NCBI GenBank assembly: GCA_036785375.1
Contig: JAWMAR010000013.1
Location: forward strand, 9,486,001 to 9,550,000
Length of the DNA: 64,000 nt
DNA from: Leucoraja ocellata
Taxonomy: Eukaryota
Direction: 5' to 3'
Shown here: positions 12,761 to 27,504 of the stretch, piece by piece
How the letters are laid out: each line of letters starts with the position of its first letter
Position numbering within the stretch: position 1 is the stretch's first letter
The notes under the pieces: generated by a model
Told to the model about the DNA's origin: nothing
Database searches by the model: none
The model's input: the letters and a program-made list of their open reading frames with translations, nothing else
Position numbers and translations under genes: made by a program

Positions 12761-14167
12761 CTGTAGTTTATTGTCTTGTGTTCCTGTCTATTTTTGAATA
12801 ATGCTACTTTAAAAGAATATTCCCCGATTCTAGGGAATTTTGAAGAAAAAAAAACAGTGCTTTAACTATCTCATCTACTTCTTTTAAGGCTTTTAGATTA
12901 AGTCCTTCAGGAGTCTAGAGCATGCCATCCTAAAGCCACCTCCCTGGTGATTGTATTGTCTTGAATTTCTCTCTGCCCTCCAATTCCCGATTTGCAGCTT
13001 TACAAGGATGCTACTTGTTTCCTCTATAATGAAGACCAGTACAAAATGTAGATTCATCGCTATTTTTATTATCAATTCCCCAAACTCACTTTCTCAAGGA
13101 CCAACGCACACTTTGATAATTCTTATTTTCAGAATATCTATGGAATTTCTTACTATCTGTTTTTAAAATTTTGCCAACTTTGTCTCATATTTTACATCCT
13201 TTGAACTTCGATCCTTAGAGCCCTGTGGTGGGTGCAGCAGCCCACTCAGAGTATTTCATTAAAGTAAACCTTATTACAGTTCTCATCAACCTGCTTGGTT
13301 GTGTAAACTTCACGTGCCACCGTAAATGAAATGTTACCTAGCAACCATAGGAAGTGTGAAGATTTAACTGGAATAGAAGCCGGAGGGCTTCATTGGACCC
13401 ATTAACGTACATTTTTATAATTGCCATCTTAAAGGATATTTTTAATCTGAAAAACTCCTTTCCCTAAATGTCATGTAATGAAAAAATCATTGGTACTGAT
13501 CTCAGTCTGTCATTGCTTCAGGTTACTGCATCTATTTCAGTACATGTTGCAAGAAATGGTCATCATTACAAAACCAATACATTCGGGCATCAATTTAAAA
13601 CAAACTCTGCTAACAATTAATGCACCATCATTTTCTCTTTGTCACCATGTAAATGTTTTTACTCGAATTAAACAGTTATCTGTTACATGATGTTTAAGGT
13701 TATGTCTATTTTGCATTGAAGGGTCCCCACTTTTGGTGTAGATATTTATAAAATCGATCTGTGCAAGACATAATTATAACAGTATCATTCATATTTTTTG
13801 CGGATCCTTTGGTACTATTTTTGGCATTAACATCAAGGATTACAAATTTATCATTGGCATCCCACATGCAATTGATCTTGTCTCATTGCATGCTCTTTGT
13901 TTTTTTTTAGCTAGTTCCCGCAAATTTATGCAACTGTAACCCATTCAATCTTTTCTAGTACGCTTTTCACCTTGTGAAAAGTACTTTTTGAAGATATATA
14001 GCCACGTGCTTCAACTTGTATTTGACTGATCGGCAAATCCTACTTCTATTTGGTACATGTAACCCATGTATTGCGTGGTGTCGCATTAATGGTTTCAGTT
14101 GAGCATATCCTACTCACTCAGAAATGTTGATGCTTTTACAACTTGCCTCATTGTAACAATTGAGATG

Positions 14168-14806
14168 TTACTGAAAGTAAGCATGCAGGTACAGCTGGCA
14201 GTGAAGAAAGCAAATGGCATGTTGGTCTTCATAGCGAGAGTATTTGAGTATAGGAGCAAGAGGCCCTACTGCAGTTGTACAGGACCCTGGTGAGACCACA
14301 CCTGGAGTATTGTATGCAGTTTTGGTCTACTAATTTGAGGAAGGACATTTTTGCTATTGTGGGAGTGCAGCGTAGGTTCTCCAGGTTAATTCCCGGGATG
14401 GCGGGACTAACATAAGATTAAAGAATGCATCAACTGGGCCTATATTCACTGGAATTTAGGAGGAGAGAGGTTCTTATAGAAACATATACAAATGTTAAGG
14501 GATTCAACAGGCTAGATGCAGGAAAAAAATTTATTGATGTTGGAATGTTGGGTTCAGAACCAGGGGTCACAGTTTAAGAATAAAGGGTAGGCCATTTAGG
14601 ACTGAGGTGAGGAAAAACCTTTTCACCCAGAATTCTCTGTAACAGAAGGCAGTGGAGGCCAATTCAATGGATATTTTCAAGAGAGAGTTAGATAGGGATA
14701 ACGGAATCAAGGGATTGGGGAGAAAGCAGGAACGGGGTACTGATTTAGGATGATTAGCCATGACCATCTCGAAGGGCCGAATGTCCTCCTACACCTATTT
14801 TCTATG
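14168..14806 (+). mobile_element. CR1/HER1 LINE 3' fragment
   Basis: QVQLAVKKANGML...LVRPHLEYCMQFWS; tail gaagggccgaatg...ttttctatgtt. Confidence 0.9.
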
Positions 14807-15814
14807 TTACTATCAATTCAATATCATCATCCAGGTTGACTTCAAGCACTTTGGTTGGAACCAAGAACCATAATTCATTGGGGACAGATATAGTGGGTGA
14901 CATTTGTCAAGGTGCATAATTTAGGATCTTTTACATATCTGCGGGATTCTACCATTAAATAAATTGTTAGCTATATTTTCAAATGGGAATATGGCATGAA
15001 ATATTCAGCAGAAATGTTCCCCCTTTTCATCGACGCTAACGCCTTAATATAATTTTTTCTAAAATGGAATCTAGCAACAACCATGAAAGACTCTTTAAAA
15101 ACTCAACCATGAGATTGTACACCTCCGCCTATACACCTCCCTCAGTTCAAATTGTGTAGCGGTACTAGAGTGGCAGAAAATTGCTGCCTCTTATTAGGTA
15201 ACAACCTATGTTTCGATGTTCACAAAATTAATCATGGGCACCAAATTCCGGCAGTTAAAATTTGACAAATTTTTGTATGGTAATGTGTTGTACCTGCGCT
15301 TATTTAGTTGGGCTCAACAACTAGATTGGAATGTTTTGAAATTCGTCAGTTGTAAATGAATAAATTCTGGAGGTAAAGTACAATGCGCCGCTGTAACTAT
15401 ACAGTGCATTTAGCGCCACTGACCTCCGAAGTATTTCTAGCCAATTATATTTGGACTTGGGGGAAGCAAAAATGAAGACAAATGAAGGCTCCATGATACA
15501 GGGTCCTCATATGAAATACTTGACTGTATGTTTATTTAAACTGCATATACTATTTTATTCATGAACATTGTTTTTATTCATGAGAGCAATTTACTCTTTT
15601 TTTGTTGCTGATGCCTCTAAACTCCATTTCTGACTGTGTACGTCGGGCTGAAAAACGTTCATCAATTGCAGGCATGTAGTCTTCTGTAATGGTGACATCT
15701 ATAAAGCTGATGAACAATAACTATCGATGACCATTTCATTAGAGCAGTTATTTTTGAGAACCATTGGCAAGGACTGCAGATGAAATAAAAACATACTTTT
15801 TTCAATCATACTTT

Positions 15815-15985
15815 TATTCACTTTCAAGAGAGAGCTAGATAGGGCTCTTAAAGATAGCAGAATCGGGGGATATGGGGAGAAGGCAAGAACGGGGTACTGA
15901 TTGGGGATGATCAGCCATGATCACATTGAATCGTGGTGCTGGCTCGAAGGGCTGAATGGCCTACTCCTGCACCTGTTGTCTGTTA
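15815..15985 (+). mobile_element. CR1 3' tail
   Basis: gatcagccatgatcacattgaat...ggctcgaagggctgaatggcctactcctgc. Confidence 0.8.
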
Positions 15986-16094
15986 TTGTTGTTGTCTGTT
16001 GTCAATTGATGTTTTAGGTATGGCCCATTGTTACATTCCAAAACCAAAGAAATGCACACACACACACATGTTCAATTCTATATGCCATCTATAT

Positions 16095-16212
16095 CTCTTG
16101 TTTCCCTTTCCCTGACTCTTAGTCTGAAGAAGAGCCTTGACCCGAAACGACACCTATCCCTTTTTTCCAGAAATGCTGCCTGACCTGCTGAGTTACTCCA
16201 GCATTTTCTGTG
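16095..16212 (+). mobile_element. Single-arm copy of the hammerhead-bearing repeat
   Basis: CTGAAGA 16124-16130, GAAA 16144-16147, then gctgcctgacctgctgagttactccagca. Confidence 0.7.
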
Positions 16213-16449
16213 CCTGTCTGTCTTCTCTCAATTCTTTCCCTCTTTATTCACAGACTAATTGTGGATGGTTCATTGGATACTGGAAATGTTTTTTAGTGTC
16301 ACACATTTGACTGCCACTGAGTCTCCTTTTCCAGCAGCAATATGTTCACCAGAAGCTTAAACATCACCTTCTCGTGCCATATGGTGGACCTGCACACTGA
16401 AAATTAAATATATTTTTCTCAGTAATCCTCATTTGTGCAGACAGTCTCA

Positions 16450-16720
16450 GCCTGTAAGGCAACTGCTCTGCTCTTGACTGCCTGAAGCTGCAGAGAATGG
16501 TGAACACAGCGCAGTCCATCACAGATTTGTCACTTCCTTCCATCCAGTCCATCTTCTCAGTGCATTGCATCAGGAAGGCTTTAAGTACCATAAAGGACGC
16601 CTGTCACCTTAGCCATTCCCCTTGCTCTCATATACCTTCTGGGAGAAGATATAGAAGAAAGATTGTACATTCAGACATAAGAACAACTTCTTCCCCATTG
16701 CTATCAGACTCCTGAACCAA
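16450..16720 (+). mobile_element. Rex1/Babar-like LINE 3' fragment
   Basis: VNTAQSITDLSLPSIQSIFSVHCIRKALSTIKD...HIPSGRRYR. Confidence 0.7.
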
Positions 16721-16766
16721 TCGCTTCCTTCACACCCCCATCCTTATATGTTGACATATACTTTTA

Positions 16767-17384
16767 AGCCCCTGTCCCACTTAGGCAATTTTTTCGGCAA
16801 CTACAGGCGACTAGGCCGTCACTACATGGTCGTGCGGTGACGCCTGTATGGTCGTGAGTCGTCTCCTCAAGTCGCCTAAAGAGTTGTAATGTTTTTTCTG
16901 GTCGCCGCTGGTTTTTGAAATGTTCAAAACTCTTCGCCGACTGTGGGCTTGACGTAGCTTGTCTTTTTCTGTCGTAGGTGCTACCGTAGGTTGTCGCCAG
17001 GATGACGCAGGTTGTCGCCAGGTGACTGATTGTCGACGGGTGCTGACGTCGGTAAATTCCACTGGCGACTACCTACTTCAGCCGGCGACTCAATTTACTT
17101 CAGTGGTCGCTGACAGGGTCGTTGCTTGTCATAGCTTGTCGCGGGTGAACGTAGGTTGTCGCCTGCGTGGTCATAGGTGTGATAGGTGTGACCGTAGGTG
17201 GATGTCCTAATGCGTCGTCGGTTGTCGGTAGCTTGCCGTAGCTTGATGTCGACTAGGTGGTAGGTTGTTGTAGCTTGTCGTAGACATTGTCATGGGGGGG
17301 GGGGGGGTCCAGTCGCTGTTTTTTTGGCAACCTGCTACGACTATGACAGTCGCTGGAAAAAATCGCCTCAGTGGGACAGGCCCT
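16767..17384. mobile_element. PIF/Harbinger-type MITE
   Basis: TIRs AGCCCCTGTCCCACTTAGGC...GCCTCAGTGGGACAGGCCCT; TTA duplicated at 16764-16766 and 17385-17387; internal GTAGGTTGTCG-like repeats. Confidence 0.85.
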
Positions 17385-17979
17385 TTACTCTTACCTCAAG
17401 TTGAGTTTATTGTCATATGCACAAGAATGGAGAATAGGTACAATGAAAGTCTTGCTTGCCGCAGCATTACAGGTACATAGATTTGGGCGACACAGAAATC
17501 AAATTCTACATAAATTATATGTAACATCTACAATACAGTGCAAAAACGTCTGAAATAAATGAGAGATTTGTGCAAAACACAATGAGAAAACCAGTCCTAG
17601 ACAGTGCAAGGGTGTTCAATTGGTGACTTGGGGGTGTGCAGATTGGTTCAAGAACCTGAAGAATGCAGGAAAGCATTTTGGGACATTTGGTTTGTACAAA
17701 TGCCTTACGATTGGCAAGAAGTCCTTCAACATTTGGCACTGACTACCAGTGCTCCAATGGTGGAGGGCATCTGTCGAATTGTGAAAATAATTGATCGGAA
17801 TCAAGCAACAACTAACCTACACGCCTTTGATAAGGGTAGGAAAAGTCCTAGACTATTGTTTTTAATATATTTAGGATAAACAAAATGTTGAATCCCAACA
17901 CAGTTAGAAAGCTTAAATTCATACTTAAATCCATGATAAAAATATGATTAGCCTTAATGACCAAATTTATATGATTGTT

Positions 17980-18180
17980 GTAAAAATGCATCTGATTTGC
18001 CAATGTTGTTTAGGGAATTAAATCTCCCACCCTTATTTGGCCTGGCCTTTACATGACTCCATACCATTGCAATGCAGTTGACTCTTAACAGCTCTGTGAA
18101 ATGGCTCCACAGACCACTTGGTTCAGGGGCAGTTAGAGATGGGCTGTAAGTACTGGCTTAGCCCATGACACTAAAATCCG
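17980..18180 (+). mobile_element. Old SINE 3' half of an elasmobranch-type family
   Basis: gcctggcctttacatgactcca...gttgactcttaac...gggcagttagagatggg; a more decayed relative lies at ~37980-38115. Confidence 0.5.
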
Positions 18181-20215
18181 CAGATATATATATAAAAATA
18201 ATCTTTTTATGTAGAAATGGTCGAATGTTTTTCCTGTCTCAACATAATTTCAAGACGGGTTAAGAGAGGGTAGACACAAAATGCTGGAATTGAATCCTGG
18301 TTAATGCCATGGTTGGCCTTTGATGTGTATTTACATTGAATAGTCATTTATGCTGCCAACAGTGGCATCAGGTGCCTATTGCCCCACCATTAGGCCTGTT
18401 TATTGAGGATGATATTTTGGAATTCTTAGGACACCCTGGCACTCATAAAATGGCCGCTAACAATCCCAATTTCTTTCCTCCATTGTCTTTTGAGTCTGTC
18501 ACTCTGCACAGAAGTAACTCTGTGACACTGGTTGATGATTTATTTCTTTTTAAATCTGAGAGAGTGTTAGAAGAAATGATGTTGGAAAACTAGCTCCTTA
18601 AAGGGCAAGTGCTGTCTGATTTACAGCAGTCTCCCCTGGTACAAAATGCGGCATCAATGAGACTATATTGAGGCAGGCAGTGATGTAATTTAAATTGGTA
18701 ATTTACTGTAAGTAGTCACAAAAGCTTTTGCCTGAAGAGCATACATGTTTCTTAAGGGTGTAACCAGATTTTAATTATCTAAATGTAAATACTTAACAAA
18801 TTTTACTTAGAGTAATGAGCTAAAGTGCACACAGTATAAATGAAATATTCTAATTAATCACACATGAATTGCTGGTTTAGAGGAGTTGCATGCGTCAGTG
18901 ATGTTGGGAAAATGCCCAATAGCAAATCACATTTTGCATTCATAAATTTGCTCATTTAATACAGGTTTATGATATTTGACTTGTCATATTCAAAGTAGTC
19001 TTTAGTATTTACATGTAGGTGTAGCTCTTTATTTTGCAGTGCCTCTTGTTTAGTAATGTTGCACTAATTTCCACTTGTGTGATCCACAACTGCTCATTCA
19101 CCACTCAAAATCAGACTTGTTAGGCACTCTTTGACCCACTGGTATCAACAATCTAGTATTACTGCCATATACAAACTTCTTGATATCCTTAGCTGCCCAG
19201 TTCATAAAATAATAAATTTTAATCTAATATCATGTTAAGTAGGATGTATCAGCAGCTAAACACACAGTTTTGCTCTTTTTGCCGTGACAAGTTATCCAAA
19301 AGCAAATATAATGTTGAGCACATATATCACAAAGCCTGGTTTCACTTGCCTGTCACTGTAAGCAGGGGTAATAATACTTCACACTTCCTTTGCCAGTAAT
19401 ACCAGAAAGGCAGGTTATGCATTGTTTTAAGGGAAAAGCTGGGTCCAAGATGGACTGGCTGGTGACCTGATTGAAACTATTGCAGAATGGTCAAGGTAAT
19501 TAGATAGTTAAGCCAGATACATCAGCTGTATTTGTAAGCCTTTTAGCCTCTAGCTTACCCTAAACATTACATGAAATGGTTCTGACTGGACTACACTAAA
19601 ATGCTTCCTTTGGGTAAATGGCTTGTTTCCTTCCTTCCTTAACCTCAACAAGTTAAATCAAAAGCAAAATGTTGCAGACGCTGAAAATAAATAACAAAAC
19701 CGAAGATAGTCAAGTGGTAAAACTGAGATGACCTGATGAAAGAGGATGGTAAAACGTTGAGAGTGAAAATGATAATTCTGGAGGAGATGTTAGTGGGAGT
19801 AGCTTTACATACATTTTACCAAGTTAGCCCAAGTTACCAAACTCTAGCTGTTGATAACCTTCCGATGAAGGAAAAACTAAAAGTCGCACCCTGGACAAAT
19901 AACATGTGTATTCATGTGGATTTCACAGTTGATTAGCTGGAAGAATGGTGAGGAGGATTTGTCCATGCTGGAAACCTAGCAATCTAAGAAAGATTTGGAA
20001 TTAGACATGAAATTAGACAGGTGGTTGGCCTACTGTTGCTCATTTTGAGCCCTCATTGAAGTTCAGCAACTCTCTTTGCTCTATTCTCAGTGTAAGAATA
20101 CTCGGGAATAACCCTATTTTTAAAAATATATTGTTCGTTCTCTCATGCGGGTGAAACTGTCGCATGTTGTTTAGAGGGAATTTACAGACATGCTATTAGA
20201 GAGAGCTGATAAATA

Positions 20216-20625
20216 TAATATAACCATATAACAATTACAGCACGGAAACAGGCCATCTTGGCCCTTCTAGTCCGTGCCGAACACGTATTCTCCCCTAGTC
20301 CCATCTACCTGCACTCAGACCATAACCCTCCATTCCTTTCCCGTCCATATAACTATCCAATTTATTTTTAAATGATAAAATCGAACCTGACTCCACCACC
20401 TTCACTGGAAGCTCATTCCACACATCTACCACTCTCTGAGTAAAGAAGTTCCCCCTCATGTTACCCCTAAACTTCTGTCCCTTAACTCTCAAATCATGTC
20501 CTCTTGTTTGAATCTTCCCTACTCTCAGTGGGAAAAGCTTTTCCACGTCAACTCTGTCTATCCCCCTCATCATTTTAAAGACCTCTATCAAGTCTCCCCC
20601 TTAACCTTCTGCGCTCCAAAGAATA
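20216..20625 (-). mobile_element. Young CR1/HER1 LINE 3' end
   Basis: Uninterrupted ORF2 C-terminus IEVFKMMRGID...TRGH...FFTQRVVDVWNELP (20295-20591); short TATGGTTA-type tail. Confidence 0.92.
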
Positions 20626-21097
20626 AAGAATAAAGAATAAAATGTAGTTACTGTAAATCGGGTGTTGGAATGGAGCTTATACCATTATATAGCAGGGGTT
20701 CACGGAGCCAGATTTCCCCCTAACCTTTACTGCAGGGTGCATGAAATACCTTCAGCACCCTGTGCATCTGGAAATTATTACTGTTTGAGTGAATTCTCTA
20801 ACTTTTATTAGAATCGTGACCACTGAATTTGAAATTTAGTACCCCGACAAACACTGGTGTCCTTGAGCTACTATAACCTCCGACTACAACACATGTTGTA
20901 TATGTTCCCTGTCATATATTTTTGTGATAATGTACAAAATTGGTTCTATCCTTTTTAGGTCCACACAGACAAAGCCTTCAGGGTGTTATACCATGCACAG
21001 TATTACTGTGATATCAGATGAATTAGAAAAAAATGTATTGGTTACTTCAGCGATGTTTATTTATTTCTTTTTTGCATCTTTTTACTTGAATTTTCAG

Positions 21098-21882
21098 ATC
21101 AATCAATCAATCAAACAATTTATTCATCACATACACAATAAAATGCAGTGGAATTAATTTTGCCAGCAGCGGTACAATCAAAAAAGAATACACAATACAC
21201 AATAAAAATTTAACACAAACACCCACCACAGCATTCTTCACTGTGGTGAAAGGCACAAAGTACAGTTAGTCCTCCTCCATTGTTCCCCCGTGGTCGAGGC
21301 CATAAACCTCCGCAGTCGCTGTTGCGGGCGGCCAGATGTACAGGCCCTTTCGTCGGGACGGTAAGTCCTGAATTGGCGCTTCCCTACCGGAGACCGCGGC
21401 TTCAGGATATCGGCCGCGGGCCAACGGCTGGAGCTTTTCTCCAGCGAGGGGTCCCTAGCAAGGAGTCCCAGGCTCCGGACGCCGCACCCGTGGCTAGAAG
21501 CTCCGCAGACCGCGGCTTCAGGCTGTAACAGTCCGCGGGCCAGCGATTGGAGCACTCCATTCTGGCGACACCAGCTCGCCCACTCCACGATGAAATGTCC
21601 ACGCTGCGCCCGCTGTTGAAACTCCAGGCCCGATTCCAGGAAACGCCTCACCAATCCATGGTGTTAGGCCACAAGAGAGGCGACATGGAAAAAGTTGCCT
21701 CTCCGTGGAGGATTAGATCGAAAGCGGTTCCCCCCTTATCCCCCCCCTCACCACCCCCCATACAAGACACACCAAGAGACATTAAAACACACATTTGGAC
21801 ACACTAAAAAAACAAAAAAAGTAGAATTGATGAACACGCTGCTGGCAGGACAGCCGTCTCGCAGCGACCGCAGATGCCATTG
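21098..21882 (-). mobile_element. GC-rich non-autonomous retroelement with (ATTG)n tail
   Basis: CpG-rich body with an internal repeat (gaccgcggcttcagg twice); minus-strand tail ...tgtatgtgatgaataaattgtttgattgattgattga. Confidence 0.55.
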
Positions 21883-22453
21883 TATACAAATTAACAACAC
21901 AAAGGTTCTGGTAAAATGAGCCATGATATAGGAGTGAAAAGATACTGCAGCGTAGAAGGCTTTACTTTTGATTAATGTTATGAATGGCTATTGTGAATTA
22001 TTTTTGGTTCTGATTCAGGAAATCATTGCCTAAAATTTGAAGCAGCAAAAAGGTGGACTTGTCTAATTTGTATTAAGCAATTCAACAAAGGAAATTTAGC
22101 ATGAAAAATTAACAAGTTATGAATTTAGCAACCCTGTTTAAGCAAACGGAGTCTTGGAGCACAAAATTAAGAAAAATTAAAGTATGATCTTGAGGCTTGG
22201 AAAACAGGAATTTTAATGCTGTCGCAAAATAATCCTACCCTTTTCCCATTGCAGAGATTAGATCTCAACAGCTGAAATTTAACCTTGGTCAATAATAATA
22301 GAGTATATGCATAGTACCAGCATCACGTGTGTTGCTTTGGGAATTTATTTCCATGAATTTCTGAGACAGGAAGCAATGCACAGTTAACGTTACTAGTCGG
22401 AATACACTTCTGGGTATCAGCCTTATTTTAAATTGCACAGTACATAGAAATAA

Positions 22454-22795
<342 letters not shown>

Positions 22796-23569
22796 TAATC
22801 TGAAGATAAACATAGCAGATTTACTGAGCTTAGCAATAACCAAAATTTGCTGCACATCCACTGTTGAATTGCAGCCTAATATTATAACACGGCACATTGT
22901 CCTTATGTTGGTGTGAAGATGCTTCCTGATCTGCTGAGCCCATAACTTTATTAACATTCATTGAATGGACATGTGCCACTGCAGATTTATGCCAATACTT
23001 CCATGCGTGCACACTGCTGAAAACTCTTCAAGATTGTGATCAGAGTCAATCTGTCCAGAACCGGGTCCCAAATAGTGCAGCAGATGCTGTAAGTCAGAAA
23101 GCAGAAACCACCAAATGTGAAAATGGCTTAGAAGAACTGATCAACCATACTTTAATGCATTTTGATGAGATTTTGGCTGCTAATTTCATAAAAGCATCCT
23201 TAGAGTATAATTATACTTAACAAAATATTTAAAGCATGCATCTTTATTTCCATAATTAATAAATAACATCAAGTGGTTTTGTTAGAAAATTGCTAATTAG
23301 AGATGAGTATTCCAATTTTAAGAGGAATTTAAACCTCTTTTACCTGGATCATTTATGAAAATGTACATATCCGCAAGGAAAGAGGTCTTTTTGCCTTCTT
23401 GAGTCAGTATGACTATAAAAAACACATCTATATTAACCTACACCAATACCATTTTAATCTCCCCACATTTGCTTTAACTTCAGTCTGGAATAGCCAATTA
23501 AGCAACCACCTATTTTCTTAGGGGGGTAAGAGGGCATTCTGGATGCAAAGGTAGTTAACAAGTCATTTA

Positions 23570-23915
23570 AGATACTTTCCTTCATTGGCTGGGACATAAA
23601 ATACAGACGCTGGGAGTATATGGTACAATTATATAAAACATCATTTTGGCCTCAGCTGGAACACCACGTGTAGTTCTAGTAGTCACAGTACAGGTCGACA
23701 GTGGTTGCACTGGAGAGGATGCAGAGGAGATTTACCAGGATGGAGGATTTTTCAATGCAGAGGATGGTTGCAGCCTGGAACAATTGTCTAAAAGGGGGGT
23801 GGAAATATGTACACTTAAGGCAGAGAAGGCAATGTGCAAAGTGCTGGAAAATGGGATTTGTATAGATGGGTACGAGGCTCGGTATGGACTTGGTGGGCCA
23901 AAGGGCCAGTTTCTG
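23570..23915 (+). mobile_element. Decayed CR1 fragment
   Basis: ctggagaggatgcagaggagatttaccaggat (LERMQRRFTR) and tail gggccaaagggcc. Confidence 0.65.
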
Positions 23916-24064
23916 CGTTGTATTACTCTATAACTGAGAAATCTTTGACTGGTATTTCAGCAAATGGGATATTGATGGGGAGCTGCTTTGCAGACTCTTT
24001 TCCTGATTTTCTGCCAATGTTTTTGACCACCACGAGTGTACATGAAGTAGTAACAATGTGCAGC

Positions 24065-24853
24065 AGAGTGGCACGGCTGGTACAGTTGCTGCCCCACAGT
24101 GCCAGAGACCCACCTCACAGCAATCACCTCACTTAAATGCGCACGTCAGGTGCTGTCTGTGTGGAGTTTGCAAGTTCTCCCTGAAACCACGCATGTATAC
24201 TCCTACATCTCAAAGATGTGTAAATTGAGGAAGCCAACATGACCAGCATCACCACCACAATAATGCAACACCAATTTCGATGGGCTGGCCATGTCATCCG
24301 CATGTCCAACACACGTCTCCCTAAACAAATCCTGTACTCTCAATTGAAGGAAGGTCGGTGAGCCCCCGGCGGGCCAAAGAAACGCTTCAAGGACAACATC
24401 AAAAACAGTCTGAAGAAATTCCACATCACATCGAGCAATTGGGAGAACATTGCACTGGACATGCGCTCCTGGAGGAAATCCGTGCAGGAAGGAGCTTCAC
24501 GTCACGAAATGGAACCACGCCGTGTCGCAGAGACAAAGCGACAGCACCGTAAAGAGAGAGAGAAGGGAGCTCGACGACTACCAACCACCACCCACTGCCC
24601 ACGTTGCGCCAAGGTGTGTGGATCGCGGATCAGCCTCTAAAGACATCTGCAGACCCACAAGTAGACGACACTATGGAGAGGACAGTCACTCGTTTCGAGT
24701 GACCGCCGAAGATGATGTTATTGAATGATAGAATCTGGAGAGAATTGATAGGAATGTAGGATTAACGCAGGATTAGTGCAAATGGGTGATTGATGGCTAG
24801 TGTGGACTCAGTGAGCCAAAGGGGCTTTTTTCATGCTGCATCTTTCCATGACA
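24065..24853 (+). mobile_element. Old HE1-like SINE interrupted by an RTE fragment
   Basis: Head ggtacagttgctgccccacagtgccagagacc and V-domain ggagtttgcaagttctccctg; tail resumes at ~24745. Confidence 0.7.
24226..24717 (+). mobile_element. RTE-clade LINE 3' end
   Basis: QFRWAGHVIRMSNTRLPKQILYSQLKEGR*APGGPKKRFKD...SWRKSVQEG, then C2H2-like CPRCAKVCGSRISL*RHLQTHK*; GAT-repeat tail. Confidence 0.85.
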
Positions 24854-27504
24854 CTTAGGCATTTTTAAACTCAATCCACTTTTTGGGAAATGTAATGGAA
24901 TTGAGTGCAGCACTATTATATAACATTTCCATTGAAATCTCTGAATCCTGTGTCTTTCCTTCCTATCAAGTTGATAAAATTGCACTCCATATATCTATCT
25001 TCCATCATTATTATTCCTTTAATACTCTCAGAAAATTGTGTCTAATGCTATGCAGTAGAATTTAGTTTTAAGATGCTGTTCTGAAAAGTTTATTTCTCAA
25101 GAGATTTTATATTTTTTACCCATTTTCTTGAGTGGTTCCTATTTTTCTTTTCCTCCAATTTTATAAATATCAGCGGAGTTTACAAAAGATAGAAAATAGG
25201 GAAGCAAACAAAGCAATGGATGGGGGGGTGGGAGGGGGTTAGATCGGGGATTAGAAACAGTGAACAGAATTTGCCTAGACCATAAAAATCACATGTTCTG
25301 ACTAATCTACTCAAGTATAGAAGAAGGGCTTGGGGAAGGAACTTCTGGGGCTCATGGTCTTGGCAACTGATGGCAATTATCTATCATCGGGCAATCACAT
25401 TACTTTGAAAATGATCAAGAGGTCAGATGTAGACGCATGCATTTAGCTCAAAAGAGATTCCACTCAGATGCAGAGGAAAGATTACACTGTGATTTGAAAA
25501 TAAGGGTGCGAGTTTAAAAACAAGAACTAATTTAAGATCAGTTAGCACGGGATGGCGACTTTGAGACTGATTTAGTTTGCATTAACTCTCATAGGCAGCA
25601 GAGTTCTGAATGTTGCTGTAGTTTACTGAGAATGAAATTACCCAGAAGTTATGAAGAGGTAATAAAAGAATGGATAAACGGGTTTCAGCAGACAAATTGG
25701 TTATGTTGTCACAATACTCTGCTTGTGACCAAATTTCTCCTTCAGAGCTTTCCCTACCACTCCCTCAATGGCTGTTGTGGGATCAACCCACCATGGTATC
25801 ACAGATGTGGATACAGGATAAGAAACGGCCACTTCTTTTGTACTTTGCTACAGAGACCACCCCAAGAAGCTCTAAAGAGATTTTAACATACATGTTTGTT
25901 AATTTTAGTGCACGATCCTTCCTGAGATTTCATAATTCCCCTGGATAGTCCTAATTTTCTGATCCGGCCGTTCGGAATTGTTCATTTGAATGATTTTGCC
26001 TTGTTGGTGCTGTCTTGTGTAGTACTATTTTTCTCAGCCCGTACATTGACAAACAATGAATTGTTCCATTAACCTGTCAGCAACCCTTTGCAGGCTGCTA
26101 GAAATTACATCCATGTGACCTTGGCACTCCCCACTGTAGTACTGTATTCTGGGGAGACTGGGAGGACATTTTTGGCTTCATCACCTCTGAAGAAATATTC
26201 TCTTCAAAATGTAACAAGTGCAAAGGATTGTCAAGGAATTTCAGCAACTCAATATTGTACTGTATTTTTACCAATTAAAATTACTTTTAAACATAGAGAA
26301 AGTGAAGGGTGTGAAGAAACTGAGTACTATTTTAGGCAAACTCAGGACCCTGATCCGTGAAATGTCATTAATTTCACCTTTTGGATTTGTGAGTGTAAAA
26401 CTCTACTGATTTGAGCATCCCTGGAAATTGTGTAGTGATTTAAAATGTTAATCTTGGATGAGCTTGTTTCATTGTAATTTGTTCCTTCAAGCTTTGCGGA
26501 TCTTAGTAAATTCTAACAATTTAGATGCTGAACATCATGAAGTGTAGTTCTAATTATCTCTCAAAAGGGTAAGAAAAAATTGATAGTTGCCACATGCTCT
26601 TGAATAAGCTGAATGTGCAATCTGGCTGTTCTGCAGTGGCCCAATGTTCAGCAAGAGAAATGAGCACATTTCAGACATCAGCTATGTGACCTGATCACTC
26701 AAATTAATGATAGTAAAACAGTAAATTTTACAAGAAATATATAAAAGTTGAAGTATTTTTACATTATGCTTACCCTTAAAAAACATATTGTGTTTATATT
26801 ACCTCGGTGGTGAACTTGATTAAAATTGATATTTTAGGGTGCATGCGTTAGAATTGCAGTGCGCTGCTAAACTAGTTTATAAAAAGTCTCCCGTGGGAGT
26901 CCTTGGCTCTCAAGGGTACCTTGTAAAGCTACCTGGAGTTAATTTAAGTGTTCACAGAGTGCAGACACTACTATCCATACTCTCTAAACATTTAAATGTT
27001 AACTCCGAGGAGAGGAGCTCTGTGCAGGCATGTAACCAAGCATACACCAAGCTCTCTCCTGGGTAGGGGAATTGGAGTTCCAGTCAAGCAGTGTAAATAG
27101 GAACTGATACTAAAGCCAACAATCTGAGACCGAGCGCCAGCATAAATGCAGTATTAAGCTCTAAACTGCAATTTCTGAAACTAGCTCTACACAGTATATA
27201 ATTACAGCAGTACAATATAAAGGCACTATTACCCATACTGCAGATTAACCATTCTATTAAAGGATTTAATCAAAATATATTTATTATAACAATTGTTTCA
27301 TTTACATGTTCTTTGTAATTTTATTTCTGAACTGTTTTAGTCAGTTTAGATGAGTTTCCTATGCATAGGAATTAAAGAGCGTTTAGTTTGGATGCGAGCC
27401 CCGTTAATGTTTGCGCAGTTTAGTTTGAAAGTATATATCAAAACTATTTGCTTGAAGAAAGGAGAGATAGAATAATACTAAATCACTGTCCAACTAAAAT
27501 GTGA

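Noticed and set aside
16950-17290. CRISPR-like or coding repeat array (GTAGGTTGTCG motifs)
   Set aside because: The repeats are short and irregular, lie inside a TIR/TSD-bounded MITE, and the DNA is eukaryotic.
21238-21807. CpG-island promoter or nested gene
   Set aside because: The GC-rich block is bounded by a retroelement-like (ATTG)n tail and its ORFs have no recognisable domain.
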